64,000 nucleotides of DNA from Octopus sinensis (Eukaryota), in assembly GCF_006345805.1 (NCBI RefSeq), contig NC_043005.1, positions 74,214,001-74,278,000 on the forward strand, written 5' to 3'. Positions 1 through 12,870 of this stretch are shown here, one piece after another. Under the pieces are notes generated by a model. It was not told where the DNA came from. It did no database searches and saw only the letters and a list, made by a program, of their open reading frames with translations. The translations under genes and the position numbers were made by a program. Positions within the stretch are counted from its first letter, which is position 1. Every line of letters starts with the position of its first letter.

Positions 1-1004
1 GGCTATGCTGGAGCACCGCCTTACATGTCATTATTCATAAATTTATTAGTAAACCAAATGAACTCTTTAGAGGCTTTAAATATCCCTCAAGGGAAGCTAA
101 TTCTAATGACACCGTTTAACTACTGTTTCGTCCTCTTTTATCGTTCGACCCAAGATCATGCAATAACTACCAGCTAGCGCTCTGTAACTATGATTGTTTA
201 GCTGAAAACACTTCCTTTGGTAATCCGACAGATGATACAAAAAGATCCTCTTTGAAACTGTGCATTAGGCTAGGGATGTGACAAAATATTTATCATATCT
301 GTTTTGTGTGAATTACTTCTTGATTTTCAATTCTGTTTCATTTGCATATAATAAACAGCCATCATAGTAATGAAATCACCGGATATCTCAGAAGGCATTT
401 TAAAATGGATTTGCCTCGGTTATGTACGGATTAATATGTCCTCTTGACTGGCACGTGTATTTACGTATGTGTATGTGCGTATTGGTGTGTGTGTTTGTTT
501 GTTTGTTTGTGTGTGATTTAAGAAGTATGAAATTTAACAATTTATTTCTATTCCAGCTAAGCAAATTACGAGCATATTTTGAGGAAATAATTAAATATAT
601 GTATTTTTTCTGTTGTTGACTGGGATAAGATGTAACACATGTGAGAACGTTTAAATGTTTTCAGGGGAGAAAAATTCATTAAGTTTTATATCAGTGTGTG
701 TGTGTATGTGTATGTGTGTGTATGTGTGTGTGTATGTGTGTGTGTGTGGTGTGTGTGTTTATATTCAAATTGAAATTGAAGATAATCTACCTATCTAAAT
801 ATTTCTTAAACGAATTAAACATATATCACTTTGAGATGATGTAATTATTTCTGTTTTTTTTTTCCTTCTTCTATTTTTATCTTTCCTGGTGACCATCAAC
901 TTTCACTCAGCGAAAGAAATTGCTGTTTTAATACCACTAAAGCTATATGAGCGTCTAAGCATGTTGGAATCAAGCACGTTATATATACATACATACATAC
1001 ATGC

Positions 1005-1057
<53 letters not shown>

Positions 1058-1066
1058 AATATATAT

Positions 1067-1145
<79 letters not shown>

Positions 1146-1193
1146 GTATGTTTGTATATATATTACACACACATACACACACATGAATGTATG

Positions 1194-1229
<36 letters not shown>

Positions 1230-1547
1230 CTAATTCTGTGAAATGCCATGATTTAATTAATTTAGTGGCGACATGATTATTAAGCAGTACTTATATCTAA
1301 TATTAAATTTGAACAAAAAATGACTTTCAGAGTAAGACTGATGATGGCAAATTGCCAAGTTTATAATATATATATCGTGATATCTAGAAGGAAGTGGATG
1401 TTCAACATAGATAGAATTATGGATTAAGTATTTAGTGCTACTTTTTTGCTCTCTGGGTTCAACTCGAACTAAATACATTTTGGTTAATATATTGTTGCAT
1501 AATTTCTTCTTTAATTCTCTGTCTCATTAAAGCAGAAATTAATATAG

Positions 1548-1700
1548 GTGCAAGCATGGTTGTATGATAAGATGCTTGTCTCCCAATCACATGGTTCCGC
1601 GTTTTCAATCCCACTGGACAGAAATAGCTAACATAGCTTCAGGCCAACAAAAGCCTTGTAAGTGAATTTGGTAGGCGGAATCTAAAATAAGCCCGTCGTG
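1548..1700 (+). mobile_element. SINE family A, degraded 5' part
   Basis: Matches the head of other in-window copies (CATGGTTCC..CCCACTG..AAAGCCTTGTAAGTGAATTTGGTAG..AAGCCCGTCG), then (TA)n. Confidence 0.75.
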
Positions 1701-1706
1701 TATATG

Positions 1707-1753
<47 letters not shown>

Positions 1754-1828
1754 TATCAAAGAATTTTTTGCGTAATGAGATAAAAAAAACCAAGGCTGTA
1801 TAGATATTAGAACATTTATAGATAGAAG

Positions 1829-1880
1829 GTCTTACAGCTGTTTCCAGGATATTTATTAATTATATCCCTTCATCGGAGAC
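1829..1880 (-). ncRNA. Minimal type I hammerhead-like motif in a Penelope-like terminal fragment
   Basis: Minus strand: GTCT CCGATGA AGGGATAT-AATTAATAA-ATATCCTG GAAAC AGCT GTA AGAC. Stem I GTCT/AGAC, palindromic loop 3, GUA site; core has U4C. Confidence 0.6.
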
Positions 1881-2669
1881 GGTGTGAGAGGATCGTTAAG
1901 TAATATTTAATTTAAATAGGATACAAAATAAAGAGTGAGGTGGAGGAAAGAAAATAGATGTGAGATATGTAGGGATAATGAATTTGTAGATTCATTTTTT
2001 AGGCAGAATGCCATATATGTAAGATTCCAATACCACCAGTTGTTAAACTGTGGTGAGGTACAAACACATGCAGAAAAATAACGCCATTACACCCTCATAT
2101 ATATATGAGGGTGTAAGGGCATTATTTTTCTACATGTGTTTGTACCCCATCACCGTTTAACAACTGGTGGTGACTTGTTTATGTTCCAGTAATTTAGCGG
2201 TTCTGCGAAAGGGAGCGTACTAGGATTTAAAAGAAAAGTACTGATGTCGAATTGCTCATAACCCTAAACTCTTTCAGGCGGTGCCTCAGCATGTCTGCAG
2301 TGCAATGACTGAAGTAAATAAAAGACAAAATACTTGAAATACTAGCAACCTCACTTGCTTAATGAAACATAGAGTTGATATGCTTCTGGTTGATCTGAAG
2401 ATAGCAAATGAGGTTAAACCGAGAAAATGTGCAATGTATAGATCTGTGCATGTGGTTTTCTTTTGTTCTTCGTCTGTCACTCTCTGACGATCAGCAGAGT
2501 ACGATGTCGCCTTTCAGTAAGTAAATTAACATCCCACAGCTGCAACATGTTTTATACAATTACAATGTTTCGTACACTTGCAATAGACCCATGGTTAGAA
2601 TGTAACGTTCTAAATCGAAATTCCTCCTGGATTAACTTTGCCATCTCTAACGTGTGGGTCAATAAAATA

Positions 2670-3060
2670 CGTTGCTTTGTGGTAAGAATCTCGCTTCCGA
2701 AACTCATGGTTCTAGGTTCAATTCCACTGCGTGGTATCTTGTGCAAGTTTCTTATACTATACCCTCAGGACGACGGAAACTGAAAGAAGACCGCCGTACA
2801 TATATGTATGTGTGTGTGTGTGTGTGTGTCTGAGTGCGTGAGAACGTTGTGTATTTGTGTTTGCCTCCACCCCCCCCCCCACTGCTTGACAAACGGTATT
2901 AGTTTGTTTACTTCCCCGTAACTTAGCAGCTCGGCAAAAGAGCCTATAGAATAAGTGCCAGGCTTTTAAAATAAGTACTGGGGACGATTCTTTCGATTAA
3001 AAGTTCTTCAAGGTGGTGCCCCAGCATGGCCCCGTCCAAAAGATAAAAGTTAAAAGATAA
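2670..3060 (+). mobile_element. SINE family A, near full length, diverged
   Basis: tRNA-like head GTGGTAAG..GGTTCAATTCCACTGCG, internal (TG)n, tail AAGGTGGTGCCCCAGCATGGCC..AAAAGATAAAA. Confidence 0.8.
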
Positions 3061-4269
3061 ACGATAGAATACAAGTGAGGTGTCTGAATTGAATCAATCT
3101 ACTTAAAAATGTGTGTCTTTGTGTCAAGATTAAAAATCAGTCGTATAAAATGACTGAATTAGATGAACAATGTTATGAACTAAAAAGAACAGAGAAAGTT
3201 AATGAGTCGACTAATTAACAGAGAATGTTAATTAGTCGACCATGTCTCGTTTTCTGAAAGTAATAAGAGTGGATCTATGAACAAACACCAGCGTTCTTGG
3301 AATAAAGACATAAACATTAGTGTCAAGCAAATTTATCTCTGGTGAAATTTAAGAGGTTTTGTTTTCTGTGAAATATAGATTTTATCTTCCATGAAATATA
3401 GGAGGTTTAATTTCCTGCAAAATTCAGACTTTTATCTCTCGTGAAATATAGGAAACTTTATCAGACGTAAAATGTAAGACCTATGCGCATGGAGTTTCAG
3501 AAACAAGTATTATCTAAGCTTACTGAGATAAGCAGTTAAATGGAATTCCAATCTGAATGCTTCTTTGTATTAACTTCCGTATCTCTAGGTTTGGGGGTGC
3601 AAATTGCATGAGGCAAATTTGTCTCACATTCTTCTTGAGTTGGTACTTGAAGAAATATTCATATAATGCGGTTGATAAATCAATTATATAACAGAACTGC
3701 TAATATTTCTCCTTGGAACACAGAGAAAGAAAAAAATGAGATCGTATGATGTATGGCTAGGTATTTGTGCGTACGTATGTGTTTAGTAGGTGTGTGTTTT
3801 TAACGTATGTGTCTCAACAAGTATATACACATATATATGAGGTGTGTATGAATGTTTACATACATATATGTACGTATACACACACACGCACACATATATA
3901 TATTTACACATGCGTATATAATTATATATATATATATTATATATATTATTTAATAGACACAATACATGTTTCTGTGTGCTACCAATAGTTTCTTGTGGTG
4001 AGAACATGCCAAATAATAAATTATAACATGTATAACATTTCTGCACAGTCATCAGGTTTGTGTCTGATGACTGTGCAGAGATGATACCGACGTTATAATT
4101 CATTATTTGGCATGTTTTCAGCACAAGAAACTTAGTAGCACATAAAAACATGTATTGTGTCTATTATATAATATTCATTTCTCACAAGATGGTGTACTTT
4201 CTTTGTTGATCTTATCACCACGGAACAGTACATTATATATATAATATATATATGTGTGTGTGTGTGTGT

Positions 4270-4305
<36 letters not shown>

Positions 4306-4903
4306 TGTGTGTGTGGTGTGTGAACAAGGTCTATTATTTGCTCCCCTGGCTTTCTTCTAAGGTGAAATAACTTGACATTTGTCGCCACTTTCCGTTTGTC
4401 GGCTGACTCCAATTTGTTAGTTGCAGCACTGTACATTTATGGCTAAGGAGAGCCTAAATTACATCCAGCCTCGCCACGTTTCCTCTTCTTCCAACAGGCC
4501 TTGTATCTTTCGCGCATTTATAACAGCATGCTTGTAATCTGTATTTTTTCTCTGTCCGTTGTGGTACTCAATTTTGATTATATATATGCTGTACTTTTCA
4601 GGATTGCATTTATGGTGACTTCATTTTTATCACCGAATACAAAAAAACACATATGATATGTAACAAATGAATATCAAATTCACGCTCACGTTGCTTCTCT
4701 TATTGTCGATATGGTCTTTGTATATTTTGTAACCCTTCTCAACCCGGATTGAAACCTTTAGGATTAGTAACGTTGGGAGTTTAATGTGATTACTAATAAG
4801 AGCTGAAGGGTAAACTTGTCGCATACTGAGCGCATCCTTTCCTACTTATTAAACATACATACATACATACATACATACATAAATACATTCATACATACAT
4901 ACA

Positions 4904-4936
<33 letters not shown>

Positions 4937-5172
4937 GCACACACACACACATATATATGCATGTATGTATACACACACATATATATACGCATACATATGT
5001 ATATATATATATATGTGTGTGTGTCTGTGTCTGTGTGTGTGTATATATGTATATGTATATGTATGTATGTTATGTATGCATGTATAAGAGGGAGAGGAAG
5101 TAGAGGAGAAGGAGAGAGAGAAAGAAAAAGAGAGATAGAGAGAGAAAGAAACAGGGAGACAGAGAGAGAAAG

Positions 5173-5242
<70 letters not shown>

Positions 5243-5623
5243 CATATAGATACACACTGTGCGCGTGCTTTGTGATTTGCGGGTGCTCGAAGCACACTTA
5301 TGGTAAACTATACAAATATATTCATTATAGATTAAGAAATCAAAGCCGTGGGCAGGTAGTAGAGATCTTAAAGAAATCTTAGGCAGAATTAGAAATTCTT
5401 AAGGAAGGTTATTGTTTTCCAAGCAGGAAAAGAACTGAACTTAGCAATTCTTGGTAAATCAAAACTCAGCTTTTTTTGCAATTATGCTGCTGATTTTAAG
5501 AAGTGCTTATGAGTTCTTACTCTTCTGTAGTACTTCATTATTGCCATCTTGACTGATACATAAGAGAGTTGTGCTGACCCAATTTACACAAAAACATGCG
5601 TTTGTGTGCATGTACGAGTATGC

Positions 5624-5624
<1 letters not shown>

Positions 5625-5703
<79 letters not shown>

Positions 5704-5716
5704 ATCTATCTATCTA

Positions 5717-5803
<87 letters not shown>

Positions 5804-5842
5804 GTCTATCTATCTATCTATCTATCTATCTATATCTATCTA

Positions 5843-5897
<55 letters not shown>
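5625..5897. repeat. (TATC)n microsatellite
   Basis: Direct reading; similar arrays at about 12774, 41368, 45367, 46376 and 50009. Confidence 0.95.
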
Positions 5898-6114
5898 ATA
5901 CATGCATTCGTACACACACACTCGCACACATACATGTACACTCATATATACATGTATATATAGATATGAATCTATCTACATATATGTTTGGATCTGTGTG
6001 TGCGTGTGTGTGTGTGTGTGTGTGTAAGTGTGTGTATAAACAGATGCATACGTACATAGAAGTATGTACATATTGGATAAATATTTAGATATCTTCACCT
6101 CTTGCTTGTAATAG

Positions 6115-6252
6115 ATAGCTTGGAACATGGACAAGAGAGAGTGAAGGACATATGCAATACAGTAAACCAGTAGGAGACTACATGGAAAATAAACGATGAA
6201 GGGAAAGTAAAAAGCCTAGTTGATAAGAACCATCGAATGTGTTACCAGATAG
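6115..6252 (+). other. Candidate exon or pseudo-exon, 138 nt, phase 1-1, with in-frame TAG
   Basis: Pyrimidine tract plus AG at 6113-6114 and GTATGT donor at 6253. Reads (D)SLEHGQERVKDICNTVNQ*ETTWKINDEGKVKSLVDKNHRMCYQI. Confidence 0.3.
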
Positions 6253-6991
6253 GTATGTTTATTAAGCATCCTTATAATCCGAATTCTAGCATTTTTCTCA
6301 GGCCATAGATAGATAAGAAAGATACCAAACGAATTTGTACTAGTAGGCTCACTTGTTTAGAATGTAACAAAGGAAGTAGTCTTCATACTGAGTTAATATT
6401 TACGAGTTTTTGATGACGGTTAAATATTTTAGCCTTCTTGCAGTTTGTGTGGTGTTGCAAACAGCAACAGGATCGAAGAAGCTGGTAAAGCTATCTCCTT
6501 TTTGAAGATAGTGTTTAGTTTCGGAGAAAAAGTGTGTGGTTGTTGAAATGGAATGTTTACTGGAATAAGGGGATATGAGTGAGGGTGAAAGTTTGATAGA
6601 AAGATACTGTTGCTGTTGATATTGATACTTATTCGGCCTAGATTAAGAATTTTCCTGCTATGACCATTCAGTTTTTTCTTTTTTTTTTTTAATTCAGACA
6701 CTTCTAGTGTTGCTCTATGAGAGAGAGTTGTCGAAAAAGGAGAAAACAGAGAGATAGACAGACAGACAGAAATACAGGAGGAGATAGAGAAAGAGAGAGA
6801 GAGAGAAAAGGCAGGAAAGATGGAGAAAGAACAAAAAAGATGAAAGTGATAGTAAAAGAGAAAAAGCAAAGAATAAAGGTCACCGTGGTTGATGTAGATA
6901 TTGTTCTTTAGTGCATTGTATCTTCGATCGAGCAAAAATTATCCTTACCACAGCCATTTCGTCATTTCATATATAATCTACATCAAGTGAA

Positions 6992-7318
6992 GGCACATGG
7001 CTTAGAGGTTAGGGTATTTGGCTTACGATCGTAAGGTCGAGGGTTCGATTCGCGGCGGAGCGTTTTGTCTTTGAGCAAAACACTTTATTTCACGTTGTTC
7101 CAGTCAATTCAGATGGCAAAAATGAGTTGTGCCTGTATTTCAAAGGGCCAACCTCATCACATTCTGCGTCACGCTAAATCTCTCGTTGGGAACTATGTTA
7201 AAGCTACACGCGCTTGTGGAGTGCTCAGCCACTTGCACGCTAATTTCACGAGCAGATTGCTCTGCTGAGCTTATCAACTTGGAACACTCGTCGTCGTAAC
7301 TGACGGAATGCCAGTATA
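6992..7318 (+). mobile_element. SINE family C (tRNA-Arg-like head)
   Basis: A box TGGCTTAGAGG, loop TT-ACG-AT, B box GGTTCGATTC. Its 3' body (..CAGCCACTTGCAC..GTAACTGACGG..GCCAGT) recurs at 7450-7540 and 28720-28880. Confidence 0.75.
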
Positions 7319-7897
7319 GTAAAGAACAAAACACTCCACTCCATGTTGCTTCAGTCCACTCAGTTGCAAATAAGTTCTAACAATAACCGTGAAGTTAAAC
7401 CTGCGACAGGGTGGCGTCCCTTTCAGGGTGGGTGGTTATTGTAATCACGTTCACATATGACATGCACGTTAATTTCACGAGCAAGCTGTTCTGTTGATCG
7501 AATCTACTGGAACCCTTTTTGTCATAACCGATGAAGTACCAGTTAATCTGTCTCAAACTATATTATTGAGCCTGAGCATAGAATGTTAATACACTGGAGA
7601 TAACTTTTCAGTCCACCTGTTTATCTATAGGTTTTACCCCAGTTATCCATTGCACTAATGTCTCTTCTCAGTTAAATGCAGTACAAAATCATTTGCATTA
7701 TGTACAGACATGTGTTTTTTCCTGAACATCAACTGAAAAACATTATCTATTTGCATCACTAGCCGCCGTAGACTTCTTTATATTTAGTTTGTTTTGGTTC
7801 ATGAAACTTCAAGTGCTTAACAAGACCAGCCTAAGATATATAAACTCTGTCATACGTAGAACATTTGAAGGGATTAACGTTATCTTAGATTATCCTA

Positions 7898-8130
7898 AGG
7901 CGGCGAGCTAGCAGAAACGTTAGAAACACGCCGGGCGAAATGCGTAACCGCATTTCGTCTGTTTTTAAGTTCTGAGTTCAAATTCCGCCGAGGTCGACTT
8001 TGCCTTTTTATCCTTTCTGGGTCGATTAAATAAGTACCAGTTACGCATTGGGGTCGATATAATCGACTTAATCCGTTTGTCAGTCCTTGTTTGTCCTCTT
8101 TGTGTTTAGCCCCTTGTGGGTAGTAAAGAA
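7898..8130 (+). mobile_element. SINE family B
   Basis: GGCGGCGAGCTAGCAGAAACGTTAG..GAGTTCAAATTCC..GCCTTTT(C)ATCCTTTC..AAGTACCAG..GGGTAGTAAAGAAATAG, shared with many in-window copies. Confidence 0.85.
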
Positions 8131-8199
8131 ATAGTTATCTTAGATTATCCTTTCGTTTTATCTCATTTTAATGTTGGATATTTTATGCAATCCTCACCA

Positions 8200-8525
8200 A
8201 AATTTGTGATGACTTTCAGTATATTTTTTTCGTCTAACAACTGCAATAGTTTCCCAAATTTCTACATAAATGTTCTTCTTCAGATCCAGTTTGAGGCAGC
8301 CATTGGATGTTCTTCCTCAGTACATAGCTTCCCATAGAGTGGAAGCTTTGGAATTTTTCCATCTTCCGTACTAACTGTATTGCCTGCCAACCTCAGTATG
8401 CTACGCTGCACGTTGCAAGAATTCTTCTTCGCTCACGATATTTGATCTCTGCAAGACTTGATCACAGTCTCGCCAAGATATACGCAAAGGTTGCCGAAGA
8501 AATTCTTGATGAAAGCGTTCCAAAT
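8200..8525 (-). mobile_element. Decayed RTE-type LINE ORF2 C-terminal fragment
   Basis: Minus strand reads HLERFHQEFLRQPLRISWRD.. with stops, like the LERFHQRCLRxILxIxW stretch after RTE reverse transcriptases. Confidence 0.55.
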
Positions 8526-8583
8526 GACTGACATATATATATATAATATATATATATGTGTGTGTGTGTGTGCGCGCGCATGC

Positions 8584-8623
<40 letters not shown>

Positions 8624-8628
8624 GTGTA

Positions 8629-8695
<67 letters not shown>

Positions 8696-8714
8696 TTATT
8701 GAAATGGATAAATG

Positions 8715-8990
8715 AATTATCTTGTTACGGATTATTCAAAAGATAACCGATACCTGGGTAGCAAAAATCACAACAGAAAATTCACGGTTGAGGTTACGAC
8801 CATGGGGTCTCAAACCCGTGCCTTAATGCGGAAATTTGAAGTTTATATATTTAGTGTAGGAAGAAATGGAGCTGAACGAAGATTTAACAAAATTCCTTTT
8901 TATTATTTTCTACATATGTTTCAAAGGCTGCAAAGTCCCTAATTCGGATTGAATAAGGAGACCATTTTGCAGCCTTCTCATATTTGCATG
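8715..8990. repeat. Unclassified interspersed repeat (second copy 15320-15575)
   Basis: Shares AACCGATACCTGGGTAGCAAA..CACGGTTGA..GGAAATTTG..AATGGAG..TTTAACAAAATTCCTTT with 15320-15530. Confidence 0.7.
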
Positions 8991-9497
8991 TATGTTTGTT
9001 ATACATGCATATAAATTATATTATATTATACAGGAAGATAACTTTTAATATCTAGTCTCTCTGTACGGTAAAATAATGAACACTGATGAAGCTTTAGCTA
9101 AAGTTGAAATTAAGCAAGAAATTGACGTCGTAATACAGGTGTATTTCAAGGGAATCTCTTGTTGTCCACTTGATATTTACTATGAGAAGGTACTTTACTG
9201 CAGGTGTGACACCTGAGTCGATGGAAGGATAAGTTAGCTCCAGCAGTAGAGGTATCCGGAATCTAAAATCCTAAAAGACTCCCATAAGCGAATTTTTTGT
9301 GGAGGTTAAAACGCGTCATAACAGGGGTTGATTGGTATGCAAACACCCGACCACCATGAGCCGACTCACTCAGGTATGACGTGGCAACGCTTGGCAGGTC
9401 AACCGCTAATTACCGCCAAGCGTCAGGTGCGGCTTAGCAATCGTAGAGAGAATACGCACATTTGCTGTTTGTTGTCTTCATGTTGCCTCTTGTGACT

Positions 9498-9903
9498 TTA
9501 CTCTTTTACTTTTTTACTCTTTTACTTGTTTCAGTCATTTGACTGCGGCAATGTTGGAGCACTGCCTTTAATCGAGCAACTGGACCCCGGGCTTTATTCT
9601 TTTGTAAGCCCAGTACTTATTCTATCGGTCTCTTTTGCCGAACCGCTAAGTAACAGGGACATAAACACACCAGCATCGGTTGTCAAGCAATGCTAGGGGG
9701 ACAAACACAGACACACAAACACACACACGCATATTTACATATATACGACGGGCTTCTTTCAGTTTCCGTCTACCAAATCCACTCACAAGGCTTTGGTCGG
9801 CCCGAGGCTATAGTAGAAGACACTTGCCCAAGGTGCCACGCAGTGGGACTGAACCCAGAACCATGTGGTTGGTAAACAAGCTACTTACCACACAGCCACT
9901 CCT
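9498..9903 (-). mobile_element. SINE family A, full length
   Basis: Reverse complement of the family A head through to the (GAGTAAAA)n tail. Confidence 0.9.
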
Positions 9904-10110
9904 GCGCCTTATACTTTGTGTATAGTTTACCCGTAAAATGTCAAAAAGAACTGCAGACACCCCAATGGATAACAGTGAGAAAAAGAAAAGGAAACATTTA
10001 TTATTATGAAACGTGAAATTACTGAAATGGTGTTAAATACGGGTAAGAATTGAAAACAGTAGTGGTGATGACAGAGAACACAAGTGAAAAAATTCCTATA
10101 AACGATATAC

Positions 10111-10553
10111 TCTCTTTTACTTGTTTCAGTCATTTGACTGTGGCCATGCTGGAGCACCGCCTTTAGTCGAGCAAATCGACCCCAGGACTTATTTTTTGTA
10201 AGCCTAGTACGTATTCTATCGGTCTCTTTTGCCGAACCGCTAAGTTACGGGGACATAAACACACCAGTATCGTTTGTCAAGCGATGTTTGGGGGGGGGGG
10301 ACAAACACAGACACACAAACATACACACAGACACATAAACACACACACATACACACATACACACAAACACACACACATATATACATATCCATATATACGA
10401 CGGGCTTCTTTCAGTTTCCGTCTACCAAATCCACTCACAAGGCTTTGGTCGGCCCGACGCTATAGTAGAAGACACTTGCCCAAGGTGACACGCAGTGGAA
10501 CTGAACCCGGAACTATGTGGTTGGTAAGCAAGCTATTTACCACACAGCCACTC
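10111..10553 (-). mobile_element. SINE family A, full length
   Basis: As above; splits the Tigger ORF between ..EKIPIND and (M)VNICD. Confidence 0.9.
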
Positions 10554-12547
10554 CAACGCCTGGTGAATATTTGTGATCAGTTAGTAGCTGGCTTTGAACA
10601 GCGTGCATTTATCAGTGAGCAACAGATTATGAGAGTTTATTCAAATAAAGAGACATTGCTTAGACAGAAACCTATGCTAATGAGGCAGATGACATTTGAA
10701 GAAGTCTTTAAAAATGTTCTCTCTCATAGTGCTGCTTCATCATTTGAGAATCCCGTTCCTAGCCTATCAACGGAAGTTTGCTTGCAACATGATGATGACG
10801 TTGGTAACACTGACGGACCCTGTTCTAAAACTTAACTGCAGCTATATATCTAAAACTTAATTGCAGCGTAATTTGAACCAATTTATGGTTCACGCATATA
10901 TATAATTATAATACCATTTGTAGTCTTTCATTATTCAAATTAGTGTGAATAATTATGCGTCTCTCTACACATATATTATGATAATGTATACACCTGTACT
11001 TGTAGATTGTATATTTTTTTGTTTTAAATTATCCCACTATATGCATTTTGTTATTTGTGATCTTAATTATTTCACTATTTCATTTACCAGTAAATTACTC
11101 TAAAAATAATCTGTAATAATATTTGTAATCTTGCATTTCCCCACTGATTGTAAGTACCTATACGTGTGCTTTTGCTACCATAGTAGGGCGTCTGTTTTTG
11201 GTTCTAGTTTGCAATCTGGGACAGCTGGCTTTTGCTCCGAAATCCGAAAAAAATTCAAAGTTCGGAACACAACTGTCCCCAAGGGTTCCGGATAAAGGAT
11301 TGTTTACCTGTAATAACTTAATAATCACTGGCACGCAATCACATGTTATGTATGTATGTGTGTGTGATGTGTGCGCGGTCGCACGTGCTTGTGAGCATAT
11401 AAAAGGATTGATAAATAAAACTCACTGAATACGAGTAAAAGAAGGAAACAAATAAATAATTTCTGAAGGTAGACAAGCAAATCACGTGGATGAAGAAACG
11501 TAGAAATATGAAACGAAATAACACAATAGAAGAATATGTGCAATGAAAATCAATTAGTCAATGAAAGAAACAAAAGAGTATTTAACTTTTACAAAAAGAA
11601 GAAAAAGCAATAAAAGGCGTAAGAGAACAATAAACTATATCGTATATATATATGTAATTTCGGTATCATTTATTGAAATTCATCAGAAACTGTGAGTTGA
11701 ACAGTCTTCTTAGTATTTAAAGCGATGGTTTTTCCTACTTAATGAACCAGTTTACGGATTTAAATGAAATGAATCATTACATACAAAGTGAATTATTTTC
11801 TTAGTGTTTCTATAAGGACTAGTGATGCATACTAATCCATTAAGTCACAATTTCTAAGTACAAACAGCAGGAATAAAAGAAGCGCGGCTGTATTTGAGCA
11901 TTACAATTAGACATTGCTGTGAATGAGAGCATCGGCAGAGCATAGGCCAAACTGTCATACGATATTTAGTAATATATTTTATCATTGAAAGTTCGAATCA
12001 CATAGACGTCGAATTTGCTTTTCATTCTTTCAGACTTCGATAAAATATGAACCAGCCATGTTTCATCGAATATTTAATTCAACTGAGAACGATTTAATCA
12101 AAAGAAACCCTACCACACCAGCTTCTATGTAGAAAGTCTGAGAAAGCCTGCACGCTGTCACTTGACAAGCAAGAAATATGTGTCAAATCTCGATCACTTG
12201 AGATTGTCCTGACTTAAAACTAAAATAAAACGAAAAAGACACTTGGATTATATGGTTTTAGACAGGAGAAAAAAACAGACAAAAACGGGTGAACTGGCTG
12301 CCTGAATAGCTCTGATCAAAGTCTACTCCATCAGGGCTGACTTTGGTATAAACAACTACAGTTATATTAGATATGCATTCGTAAATCCGACTGAATTATG
12401 AGACACATAGCATATTGTCTTAAAAAAGTAATTTATTAATATTCTCCACAGAGGAATTTAACGATCCTCTCGAGGAATACACGCACGCACGCGCACACAC
12501 ATATACACACACGCACACGCACATACTGCCAATCTATCTATCTATCT

Positions 12548-12772
12548 AGGCGAGCTGGCAGAAACGTTAGCGCGCCGGGCGAAATGCTTAGCGGTATTTC
12601 GTCTGTCGTTACGTTCTGAGTTCAAATTCCGCCGAGGTCAACTTTGCCTTTCATCCTCTCGGGGTCGATAAATAAAGTACCAGTTTCGCACTGGGTCGAT
12701 GTAATCGACTTAATCCCTTTGTCTGTCCTTGTTTGTCCCCTCTATGTTTAGCCCCTTGTGGGTAGTAAAGAA

Positions 12773-12773
<1 letters not shown>
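12548..12773 (+). mobile_element. SINE family B
   Basis: Full head to the AAAGAAAT tail, between (TATC)n tracts. Confidence 0.9.

Positions 12774-12870
<97 letters not shown>

Larger units (their letters stand above)
9245..11310 (+). mobile_element. Internally deleted Tigger/pogo DNA transposon (Tigger4/Zombi-like) interrupted by two SINE A copies
   Basis: N-terminus MSKRTADTPMDNSEKKKRKHL (from 9938). C-terminus VNICDQLVAGFEQRAFISEQQIM..LLRQKPMLMRQMTFEEVF (10560-10835). 3' end ..CCGGATAAAGGATTGTTTACCTG|TA; degenerate 5' end TATCCGGAATCTAAAATCC. Family assignment from memory. Confidence 0.75.

Noticed and set aside
9080-9190. CTGATGA..GAAA hairpin at 9085
   Set aside because: No stem I or stem III can be formed. 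The region reads better as a decayed RT fragment (AKVEIK..GVFQG..).
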